A stretch of DNA of 22,547 bases from Pseudomonadota bacterium (GTDB lineage Bacteria; Bdellovibrionota_B; Oligoflexia; Oligoflexales; CAIYRB01), in NCBI GenBank assembly GCA_031416315.1, contig JANOTL010000001.1:1-22547 (forward strand). The letters are read 5' to 3'. The position numbers and the translations under genes were made by a program. Below are positions 1-7,415 of the stretch, piece after piece. Position 1 is the first letter of the stretch; the number at the start of each line of letters is the position of its first letter. The notes under the pieces were generated by a model. The model was not told the DNA's origin. It saw only the letters and a list, made by a program, of their open reading frames with translations, and did no database searches.

Positions 1-1
1 C

Positions 2-2002
2 CGCCGTCACCGTCGTCGTCGACACTTTGAGGCCAGTGACGAGGTTCATCTCGCGCGACCCGGAGTCGACGTTGAGGCTCTCCTGCACCACGAAGGCGCC
101 CTCGAGCGAGCCGTTGCCATGGACGTTGACGAAGTACGCGACCGAGAACGGTGCATCGTCGGCGAACTCCACGCCGTAGTAGGGCGCGGCGTCGCCGACG
201 ACGAAGGCGAGGAGCGCCGTTTCGTCCGCGGAAAGGTCGACGCCGGTGTAAGACTTCAGCAACGCCGCGGCGACGGCCGACGGATCGGTCGCATCGGCGC
301 TGACGAAATGCAGCTGCGCGCGGCCCAGGGCGCTCACCGTCGCGGCGATCCCGGCGCCATCGACGACGTCGTACACCACGGAGCCGACGATTGGCGCCGG
401 CTCGACGGAAACTTCGCTCGCGAGCCCGCTGTTCAGCTGCTCGGATCCAGCCGAGCAGAAAGTCGCGGGGACGTCGGCGTCGAACTTGAGGGTCCCGGCA
501 GGGAACTCGTAGAAGCAGTATTCGTAGGTGTTAGGGCCGACGACCATGCGCGTGCCGTTCGCGGAGCGAACCGGCGTCATCGTGGCGCCAGTCACTTTGA
601 ACGGCGCCGTCTCAACCGACGAGGTGCACGTCTCGGCGTCACAGGTGTAGGTGTCGATGCCGACGAGGAGGCCGCCCGCGGGGAATGCCGCGCCGGTGGG
701 GCCGCGGGTCACGTCGTAGTAGTAAGGCGTGACGGTCGTCGTCGCGACCCCGCCAAAGCTGCCGAGCCAGCGATTGCCGTACACCGACCAGTCGTCTTGC
801 GACAGTCCGTCCAACGCCTCGGTGCCGAGAAACACGCTGTAGCTTTGGTCCGCGCTCGGCATGCCGTCGAGCGTCAAGGTCGCGGACGTCGTCGTGTACG
901 CGTGAAAGTTGGTCATCGCGTACAGCACGTTGTTGGCGCGGATATTGAGGTCGCTGACCGACTGATCGTTGCCGTATTTGCTCTCGTAGCGAAGGTCGAT
1001 GGTCGAGGTCGGGTTTTCGAGCTCGCCTTCGGTCCGGATCGTCGAAAGTGTTCTGCCGCTGTAGTTCTGGCCCGGGCCGTTGACCGAATAGTCGTCCTGA
1101 TAAGTCAGGAGGCCATCGCTGCCGATGTGCAGCGAGCGAATGGCGTCGTACACTGTAGCCGCGGCGTCCGCTTCATCGTTCTTGTAAGTGTAGAGCTGGG
1201 TGTTGGCGATCCGCACTTGAACGTAAGTCTCTCCGCGCAACTCCCACTCGAAGACGAACGTCTCGAAGTTGCCCTTGCCGTCGTCGGAGAGGGTCAGGGT
1301 GATCCGGTTGGTCATGCCCGAGGCGGCCGCGAAAACCTCGCTTTGCAGGCGCGAGAACGTGACGGTCGTCGGCACGTCCTGAAGCGCGGCGCCGGCTACC
1401 GGCTCCTCGTACTTGTAGACGCCATTCTCGTATTCGTCGGCCTCGCCCTCTTCGTAGACTCGTTGGTCCTGGTTTGCCTCGATCGCAGCCGTTGTCTCGA
1501 CGTCCAAGGTCTGCGTCACGTTGACGATGTCGCATGCCGCGGTGATGCACTCAGGGTGCTCGGCCAATGATTGCTCGAGCGCGGCGCCGTAGGTCTCAAT
1601 AAAGGGGAGGAATTCTAGAACGGAAGAGCTGAACTGCTCGACCGCGTCTTCTCCCGGGGGCGCGTCCTTGTTGCCTTGGCTCACGGCACCGTCATCGGCC
1701 GAAGCGGTAGGCGCCTCGGTCGCGGTCGCAGGCGCGTCCTGCAGCGCGAGGCCGCTGGAGTTTTTCAGCGATAGCGATGCCGGAAGCTGAATCTTGAACA
1801 GAGCAGCCGGCACGTTCTTCGGATCGATGGTCGGACGGGTTGCCGGCGCCGGCGCTGGCGCTGGCGCGGGCGCGCCGACGGGGGCCACGTTACCGGTACC
1901 GCCGGAGTCGGTGTCCTCCGCCGCGTCTTTCTTCTTTTTCGCGCAGGCGCCGGCCGCCATCGGTAGGTAAGCGAGGACGAGAATCGTGATAATTTTGCGC
2001 AT
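2..2002 (-). CDS. Large acidic, Thr/Tyr-rich lipoprotein of unknown function (3' end runs off the window; absent from the ORF track)
   Basis: ATG at 2002 with GGGAG RBS. N-terminus MRKIITILVLAYLPMAAGAC is a lipobox, followed by a PAPAPA linker. I checked the frame by hand: no stop over 667 codons to the window edge. The + strand ORF 119..1570 is its in-register antisense shadow. Confidence 0.88.
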   Translation of the reverse strand, partial: MRKIITILVLAYLPMAAGACAKKKKDAAEDTDSGGTGNVAPVGAPAPAPAPAPATRPTIDPKNVPAALFKIQLPASLSLKNSSGLALQDAPATATEAPTASADDGAVSQGNKDAPPGEDAVEQFSSSVLEFLPFIETYGAALEQSLAEHPECITAACDIVNVTQTLDVETTAAIEANQDQRVYEEGEADEYENGVYKYEEPVAGAALQDVPTTVTFSRLQSEVFAAASGMTNRITLTLSDDGKGNFETFVFEWELRGETYVQVRIANTQLYTYKNDEADAAATVYDAIRSLHIGSDGLLTYQDDYSVNGPGQNYSGRTLSTIRTEGELENPTSTIDLRYESKYGNDQSVSDLNIRANNVLYAMTNFHAYTTTSATLTLDGMPSADQSYSVFLGTEALDGLSQDDWSVYGNRWLGSFGGVATTTVTPYYYDVTRGPTGAAFPAGGLLVGIDTYTCDAETCTSSVETAPFKVTGATMTPVRSANGTRMVVGPNTYEYCFYEFPAGTLKFDADVPATFCSAGSEQLNSGLASEVSVEPAPIVGSVVYDVVDGAGIAATVSALGRAQLHFVSADATDPSAVAAALLKSYTGVDLSADETALLAFVVGDAAPYYGVEFADDAPFSVAYFVNVHGNGSLEGAFVVQESLNVDSGSREMNLVTGLKVSTTTVTA

Positions 2003-2058
2003 GGAGTACTCCCGGTGTCCGCTAAAATAGACAGCCTCTAGCCATCGGAGGAGCCCGC

Positions 2059-2080
2059 CGGGAACTAAAATTAATTCCCG
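2059..2080. promoter_or_regulatory. 22-bp near-palindrome CGGGAACTAA-AA-TTAATTCCCG (operator or RNA hairpin)
   Basis: 10-bp arms with one mismatch (a G-U pair on the minus-strand RNA). It lies between the stop of 2104..3057 and the start of the 2002 gene. No U-tract follows. Confidence 0.35.
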
Positions 2081-2103
2081 CAAGGTCAAACGATGTTCGC
2101 GGC

Positions 2104-3057
2104 TTAGTCCCGAGAGGTCGTCGAATGCCAGCGCTCCAGCCCGAAGGCACGCTGGAAAAAGACGTCGTAGATTCCCGCCTTCACCCACAGCTCTGGGGAA
2201 GCCGCGCAGTTGCCCAGGCACACGACCGAGCGCTTGCCGGAGATATTGCCGTAAGCATCCGCCTCGCGGATTTCCGCGGCGGCCAGGTCGATCTTCTTGA
2301 TGCCGATGGCGTCGAGCGTGGCGAGCTCGGCGTCTTCCATGCGACCGTCGAGGTTCGCGTCGCGCCAGCCGCGAAGGCGGGGCCAAATCGTGTCGTCGGC
2401 ATCGATGGAGCCGTCGGCCGCGCCGGCCGCGTCGGCGTCGTCGGTGGCAAGCTCGGCGAAGCCGTCGCGCAAGGCGTTGCCGAAGAGCGGCTCGATGCCG
2501 GGGCCGCGGCCGCCGTCAGCGCGCAGTTTCACCAGGAAGACGCTGGTCGTGGGCTCGATGACCCAAGAGATCCGGGTCGGGCGACGGCCGACGCCGCTGA
2601 CGTCGAGGACGACGCCTTTCGAGCGCGGGCCCGTGGCGATGCCGTCGGCATCCAAATCGATGATCAAGGGATCGATCGACGCGGCGCACTCGCCGAAGGT
2701 CTTGGCGCCGGTCTCTTGGCAGACCTGCTGACACTGCTCCGGCGTAAGCGTTCGCGAAAGTTTGCCTTCGCTGAGCTCAGGGTCGTTGCAGGCCTGCGGG
2801 TATTCCTGCGGATCGTCGAGGAGTGGCGGCCGCATCCAGTCATCACCGTCCGCTGGGCCCGCCTTCGAGGGCTTGGGCTTCAGCAAGTTGGCCCAGTCGA
2901 TCGGTTTCGCATCCGCTTCAGTCAGGGCCATCGCCTCGCCGTGGAACGCGGAGCTCTCGAGAAAGTCCTTCTTCGACGTCTTCTCCGGCGCGCGAGCAGG
3001 GGCGCCCGCACACGCGGAAAGGCCGAAGACAGCGATGACGAGGGGCAATCGAAGCAT
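2104..3057 (-). CDS. Lipoprotein with C-terminal FrpC-type self-processing-module (SPM)-like Ca-binding domain, Asp-Pro intact
   Basis: Start moved to ATG 3057 (GGAG upstream; MLRLPLVIAVFGLSAC lipobox). Motifs D-PLIIDLDADGI, ISW, LFGN..GFAELA, DGSIDADD, LRGWRDANLDG..ELATLDAIGIKKIDL parallel the FrpC SPM as I recall it. Confidence 0.8.
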   Translation of the reverse strand: MLRLPLVIAVFGLSACAGAPARAPEKTSKKDFLESSAFHGEAMALTEADAKPIDWANLLKPKPSKAGPADGDDWMRPPLLDDPQEYPQACNDPELSEGKLSRTLTPEQCQQVCQETGAKTFGECAASIDPLIIDLDADGIATGPRSKGVVLDVSGVGRRPTRISWVIEPTTSVFLVKLRADGGRGPGIEPLFGNALRDGFAELATDDADAAGAADGSIDADDTIWPRLRGWRDANLDGRMEDAELATLDAIGIKKIDLAAAEIREADAYGNISGKRSVVCLGNCAASPELWVKAGIYDVFFQRAFGLERWHSTTSRD

Positions 3058-3164
3058 GTCTCCACTTCGGCAAGAACCCACAGTTTCTGCAGCCAAAGTC
3101 GGGGACATGCACGCATGTTGGCCGGAAAGCCAAGTGATCTCAGCTGCTTAAATGTTGTACAGTT

Positions 3165-3194
3165 TTGACATATCCGCGCCGATTTCCTTATAAT
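3165..3194 (+). promoter_or_regulatory. Consensus sigma70 promoter
   Basis: TTGACA at 3165-3170, 18-nt spacer, TATAAT at 3189-3194, AT-rich upstream. Predicted +1 near A3201. Confidence 0.85.
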
Positions 3195-3200
3195 TCTATC

Positions 3201-3300
3201 AAGATTCCTCGCGAAGCCGGCTCCTCCTCCCCATCGTCTCCTGACCTTTTGCCGCCTCTCGACGCTCCCCGAATGGCTTCTGCGGGGAATCTTCTTTTCT
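3201..3300 (+). ncRNA. Candidate structured small RNA or 5' leader domain (terminal 18-bp stem, 56-nt CU-rich loop)
   Basis: 3201-3218 pairs with 3275-3293 (17 Watson-Crick pairs, 1 G-U, one bulged U). It starts at the predicted +1 and is followed by CTTTTCT. The loop contains CCUCCUCCC. Confidence 0.6.
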
Positions 3301-3312
3301 CCCCTTTTGCAC

Positions 3313-3370
3313 GACTCCCTTCTAAGATCGGGTTTCCGCAGCCACGGAAATCAGACCCAGCGAAGGAGTC
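3313..3370 (+). promoter_or_regulatory. SD-sequestering hairpin upstream of GST
   Basis: GACTCC(C)TTC 3313-3322 pairs with GAAGGAGTC 3362-3370, which contains the SD. Inner stem TTTCCG 3333-3338 / CGGAAA 3345-3350. Confidence 0.5.
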
Positions 3371-3373
3371 ATC

Positions 3374-4000
3374 GTGCTGAAGCTCTACGACATGCCCGGC
3401 AATACCAACGCACGCAAAATCCGCGCGATGGCCCGGGAGTGCGACGCCAACCTCGAGACCGTCAGCGTCGACCTGCAAAAGGGCGAAGGCAAGACGCCGG
3501 AGTTTCTGGCGATCAATCCCAACGGCAAGATCCCGGCCATGACTGATGGCCCGTTCAAGCTCTTCGAGTCGAACGCGATCATGACCTACATCGCGGCGAA
3601 ACACGACTCGCCCCTTTTGCCGAAAGAGCCGCGTGCCCGCGCCGAAGTCGACCAGTGGCTCTTCTGGCAGACCGCGCATTTGGCCAGCGCCGTCGGCAAG
3701 ATCGGCTGGGAGCGCTTCTACAAGCCGATGATGAAACTCGGCGCCACCGACGAAGCCCGCGTCGCCGAAGGCCTCGCAGAAGTCGAGCGCTTCGTCGGCG
3801 TCCTCGACGGCGTCCTGGCGAAGAACAACTTCGTCTGCGGCGCAACCATGACGGTCGCCGACTACGCGATCTGCGGCACGCTGCAGAAGGCGACGCGCGA
3901 GCGCATGAAGCTCGAGGCCGAGGTGATGAAGTTCGCGCACGTCAAACGCTGGCTCGGCGAGATCGAGGCGCGCCCCGCCTGGGTGCACGCGGAAAAGTGA
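3374..4000 (+). CDS. Glutathione S-transferase family protein
   Basis: INPNGKIP cis-Pro loop, FESNAI motif, RAEVDQWLFW, T.AD N-cap. AAGGAG SD and GTG start; 208 aa. Confidence 0.95.
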   Translation: MLKLYDMPGNTNARKIRAMARECDANLETVSVDLQKGEGKTPEFLAINPNGKIPAMTDGPFKLFESNAIMTYIAAKHDSPLLPKEPRARAEVDQWLFWQTAHLASAVGKIGWERFYKPMMKLGATDEARVAEGLAEVERFVGVLDGVLAKNNFVCGATMTVADYAICGTLQKATRERMKLEAEVMKFAHVKRWLGEIEARPAWVHAEK

Positions 4001-4007
4001 AGGACTG

Positions 4008-4994
4008 ATGTTCATCGTCACCGGCGGCGCCGGCTTCATCGGCTCGGTCCTCGTTTGGAAGCTGAACCAGCTCGGCATCGACGACATCGTGATCGTCGAC
4101 CGCCTCGGCTCGGGCGCCAAGTGGCAGAACCTGGTGAAGCGCAAGTTTCGCCGGCTCCTCCACAAAGACGAGTTCCACGGGTGGCTCCGCGGCGAGGGCG
4201 CGCGCTCAATGATCGACGCGGTCTTCCACATGGGCGCGAGCAGCGCGACCACGGAGTCCGACGTCGACTACCTCGTGCGGAACAACCTCAACTACTCCGT
4301 CGCACTCTGGGACTTTTGCCGCGAGAACGGCGTCCCTTTCATCTATGCGTCGTCCGCGTCGACCTACGGCGGCGGCGAGCGCGGCTTTTCCGACGCGGAT
4401 GCCAAGGTCGCGGAGCTCCGCCCTCAGCACCCCTACGGCTTCAGCAAGCAGAAGTTCGATCAATGGGCGCTCGCCCAGGAGGCGGCGCCGCCGCGTTGGG
4501 CCGGCCTGAAGTTCTTCAACGTCTACGGCCCGCAGGAATACCACAAGGGCGCGCAGGCGAGCGTCGTCCATCATTGGGTGCCGCAAATCCAGGCGACGGG
4601 GCGCGTGCGCCTTTTCAAGTCGGCGAAGGCAGGCATCGCGGACGGCGAGCAAAAACGCGACTTCGTGTACGTCAAGGACGTCGTCGACGTCGCCTGGCAC
4701 TGCTATCGCGACCATCGCAACGCTCGGTCGGGCATCTACAACGTCGGCACCGGCGCGGCACGCACGTTCCTCGACTTGGCGCGGGCGACGCTCGCGGCGA
4801 TGGGGAAATCCCCGGATGCCGTCGACTTCTTCCCGATGCCGGAGCATTTGCGCTCGCAGTACCAGTATTTCACCGAGGCCGACCTCACGAAGCTCCGCGC
4901 GCACGCCGCATACGATCGTCCCTTCACGACGCTCGAGGCCGGCGTCGACGAGTACGTTCGCTGTTTCCTCGCCGGCGAGGATCCTTATCTCTAA
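4008..4994 (+). CDS. hldD: ADP-L-glycero-D-manno-heptose 6-epimerase
   Basis: TGGAGFIGS, HMGASSATTE, YGFSK, FNVYGPQEYHKG..ASV, RDFVYVKD, YQYFTEADLTKLR. Confidence 0.93.
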   Translation: MFIVTGGAGFIGSVLVWKLNQLGIDDIVIVDRLGSGAKWQNLVKRKFRRLLHKDEFHGWLRGEGARSMIDAVFHMGASSATTESDVDYLVRNNLNYSVALWDFCRENGVPFIYASSASTYGGGERGFSDADAKVAELRPQHPYGFSKQKFDQWALAQEAAPPRWAGLKFFNVYGPQEYHKGAQASVVHHWVPQIQATGRVRLFKSAKAGIADGEQKRDFVYVKDVVDVAWHCYRDHRNARSGIYNVGTGAARTFLDLARATLAAMGKSPDAVDFFPMPEHLRSQYQYFTEADLTKLRAHAAYDRPFTTLEAGVDEYVRCFLAGEDPYL

Positions 4995-6333
4995 GCTACT
5001 CCTCGCCGCTTTGCTCGCCTTCTGCCTAGGCGCCGCTCCGGCGCGACCCGAGGCGCCCGTGCCGCAATTTCGGGTCGTAGCGGTCGAATACCTCGGCCTT
5101 TCGCGTACCGATCCCGACTGGATCGAGTCCTACCTCGACCTGCAACTGCCGGAGACGATGGACGGAATTCGCGCGCGCGTCCTCGCCAACCGGCTGATGA
5201 CGACCGGCGCGTTCACCGACGTCAAAGCGGTGATCGAGGCGTTCCCGTCACGTCCCGGCGAGTCGGTCTTGAAGTTCGAGATCGACGAGAAATGGACGAC
5301 GATCCCGATCTTGCGCGGAGCCTACGGCGGCGGCACGCCGCTGCGCGTGATCGGATTTTACGACATCCATTCGTTCGGCCGCTTGGTGACGCTCGGCGCC
5401 GAGTCGCGCAAGTATGGCGACGCGCCGCCCGGATACGTCGCATACATGAAGGTGCCGCGCCACAACGCTGGCCGTACGTCGCTCGGTCTCGAGCTGTGGC
5501 GCGACTTTCGCAGGCGCACGTTCTTCAGCGAAGACGGCAAGGAGCTCGGGGCAACCTCTTCGGCGGATACGATCGTGCGGGTGCGCGCGCTCCAGGATCT
5601 CGGCCGCGTCTTCACCGACGCCGACGTTACCGACACGCCCTGGAAGGCCGGAATGCAGGCGGAAGTGGCCTATGAGGCTCCCGCCGTGTTCAAGGCTTCG
5701 TTCGGCGCACCGGTCGACGCTGAGGTGCGGGTGCAGCTGCCGACGGCCGGGGTCACGACGGCGCGGCAGTTCTCGCTCTTGCCGATGCTGCAGTACGACG
5801 ACGTCGTCTCGAACCAGCTCACCTCCGACGGCTTGCGCGTGCTAGCGCGCAACGGCCCGGTGTTTCGCGAGGGGCGCACGTACTCGAAAAGCGAGCTCGA
5901 GACATTTTGGTTTGCGGTTCTTCCCGGCGAGGTGAACTTCGCGCTGCACGCGCTCGCGGGGACGACCACCTACGATTCCCTTTACAACCGCTACTTCCTC
6001 GGCGGCTTCGATTCGATCCGCGGATATCCCGACGGCATCCTCCACGGAACGCGCGCCGCCTTCGCCAATGCAGAGCTCCGCTACACGACGTTGCGCTACC
6101 GTTACGCTCACGTGCAGAACCTCGCGTTCCTCGATGCGGGCGGCGCCGGCAACGACTGGGACGTCGTGAAGTCGAGCCAACGCGCTTCGGGCGGCCTGGG
6201 AATTCGCCTTTCGGTGCCGCAGATCTATCGCATGGTCTTTCGCTTCGACTACGCTTGGGCCCTCGACGGCAGCGGCAAGCGGGGCTTGGCCGCCGGCGTG
6301 AACCAATACTTCGACCCTTACAAACCTCTATAA
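4987..6333 (+). CDS. Omp85/BamA-TamA family outer-membrane protein with a single POTRA domain (start codon uncertain)
   Basis: Signal-like SKLLLAALLAFCLGAAPA. One POTRA (GLSRTD..L..TG.F..V..EKW). Barrel motifs LGGFDSIRGY, NAELR, FLDAG, GLGIR, FRFDYA. Confidence 0.85.
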   Translation: MSKLLLAALLAFCLGAAPARPEAPVPQFRVVAVEYLGLSRTDPDWIESYLDLQLPETMDGIRARVLANRLMTTGAFTDVKAVIEAFPSRPGESVLKFEIDEKWTTIPILRGAYGGGTPLRVIGFYDIHSFGRLVTLGAESRKYGDAPPGYVAYMKVPRHNAGRTSLGLELWRDFRRRTFFSEDGKELGATSSADTIVRVRALQDLGRVFTDADVTDTPWKAGMQAEVAYEAPAVFKASFGAPVDAEVRVQLPTAGVTTARQFSLLPMLQYDDVVSNQLTSDGLRVLARNGPVFREGRTYSKSELETFWFAVLPGEVNFALHALAGTTTYDSLYNRYFLGGFDSIRGYPDGILHGTRAAFANAELRYTTLRYRYAHVQNLAFLDAGGAGNDWDVVKSSQRASGGLGIRLSVPQIYRMVFRFDYAWALDGSGKRGLAAGVNQYFDPYKPL

Positions 6334-6431
6334 CCATTATGGATGTGTGAGATACCTGGAAATTTTTGGGTATTTCATTAATAACCGGCGCGGCTCAATA
6401 TAGAACTCACGCCTTTCATGGTGGTGCCTTG

Positions 6432-7400
6432 ATGCTTCGCTTTGCGTCGCTCGCTCTCGCAATGTCCTTCGCCGTCGCCTGCGGCGGCTCCAAAGACGGC
6501 AAGAAGTCCGACCAGCCGCGTCAGGAGCAAGGCCCCGAGACCGAGCGCACGCCACCGCCGCCTTCCGGCCCGGCGCCGTCCCCGCAGCCGAGCGAGACGC
6601 GCCACCAGTTCGCGAGCTTCAACGAGTGGTGCCTCGCGACTGACCTCGGCTCCGAGGAAAAGGCCGCCGTCGAAGCGCTCCGTGCCCTCGTCGGCGCCGA
6701 AAGGCCGTGCAACGAAGCCGAGGCGGCCCTGCAGTCGTTGACGCTCGTGAATCTCAACGGCAAGGGCCTGAAGACGCTCGGCCCGATCGCGCCGCTCACG
6801 GGCCTGCGCACCGTGGTCGCCTTCGGCAACCCGATCGACGACCTCACGCCTTTCTCCGACATGAGCGACTTGAACGGCTTGCATCTCGACTCGGGCAGCT
6901 TCCAAACGCTAGCGCCGCTGACGAATCTGGCGCGACTCGAGCTGCTGTCGGTCGGCAACGCCCCGATCTCCGACCTCACGCCGTTGACCGGCATGCCGAA
7001 TCTGCGTCAGCTCTGGGCCTATCGCACGCAGGTCAAAGACCTAGCGCCGCTCGCGCGCCTCGCGAAACTCGAGAAGCTGCATCTTTGGGACGACCGTATC
7101 GAGAGCCTAGCGCCGCTGACGAGCCTGACGGCGCTGCGCGACCTAGCGCTTTCGGGCAATGCGATCACCGACGTAGGACCGCTCGCCGGGCTCGAGAATC
7201 TTACGACGCTCGACCTGAGCTTTCAGAAGAATCTGCAGAGCCTCGCGCCCTTGTCGAATCTCCCGGACACCGCGCTCTCCGGCGCGGACGAGAAGACGCT
7301 CTTCAAAGGCAACAAGATCCTGCGCGGCGAAGCCGCTTGCCCGACGCAGCGTGGGCCCGAGAAGCTAAGAACCCTTTGCGCGGCGCACAACGCGCAGTGA
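6432..7400 (+). CDS. Internalin-like leucine-rich-repeat lipoprotein
   Basis: MLRFASLALAMSFAVAC lipobox, Pro-rich linker, Cys-containing N-cap, about eight 22-aa LRRs (LxxLxxLxLxxNxIxDLxPL), Cys-containing C-cap. Confidence 0.9.
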   Translation: MLRFASLALAMSFAVACGGSKDGKKSDQPRQEQGPETERTPPPPSGPAPSPQPSETRHQFASFNEWCLATDLGSEEKAAVEALRALVGAERPCNEAEAALQSLTLVNLNGKGLKTLGPIAPLTGLRTVVAFGNPIDDLTPFSDMSDLNGLHLDSGSFQTLAPLTNLARLELLSVGNAPISDLTPLTGMPNLRQLWAYRTQVKDLAPLARLAKLEKLHLWDDRIESLAPLTSLTALRDLALSGNAITDVGPLAGLENLTTLDLSFQKNLQSLAPLSNLPDTALSGADEKTLFKGNKILRGEAACPTQRGPEKLRTLCAAHNAQ

Positions 7401-7415
7401 GGCGCGGACGAGGGC

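Noticed and set aside
119..1570. 483-aa + strand ORF
   Set aside because: In-register antisense shadow of the minus-strand lipoprotein; Arg/Val-rich with no motifs.
2125..3168. 347-aa + strand ORF
   Set aside because: Antisense shadow of the SPM-like lipoprotein gene.
3201..3300. Identification of the structured RNA as SRP, 6S, Y RNA or a CsrA sponge
   Set aside because: No SRP GGAA-loop/CAGG-AGCAG motif, no 6S-length rod and no Ro-binding bulged-C helix. The GGA-rich reading is on the strand opposite the promoter.
4816..4986. Long N-terminal extension of the Omp85 ORF
   Set aside because: Overlaps conserved hldD by 179 nt and would bury the signal peptide.
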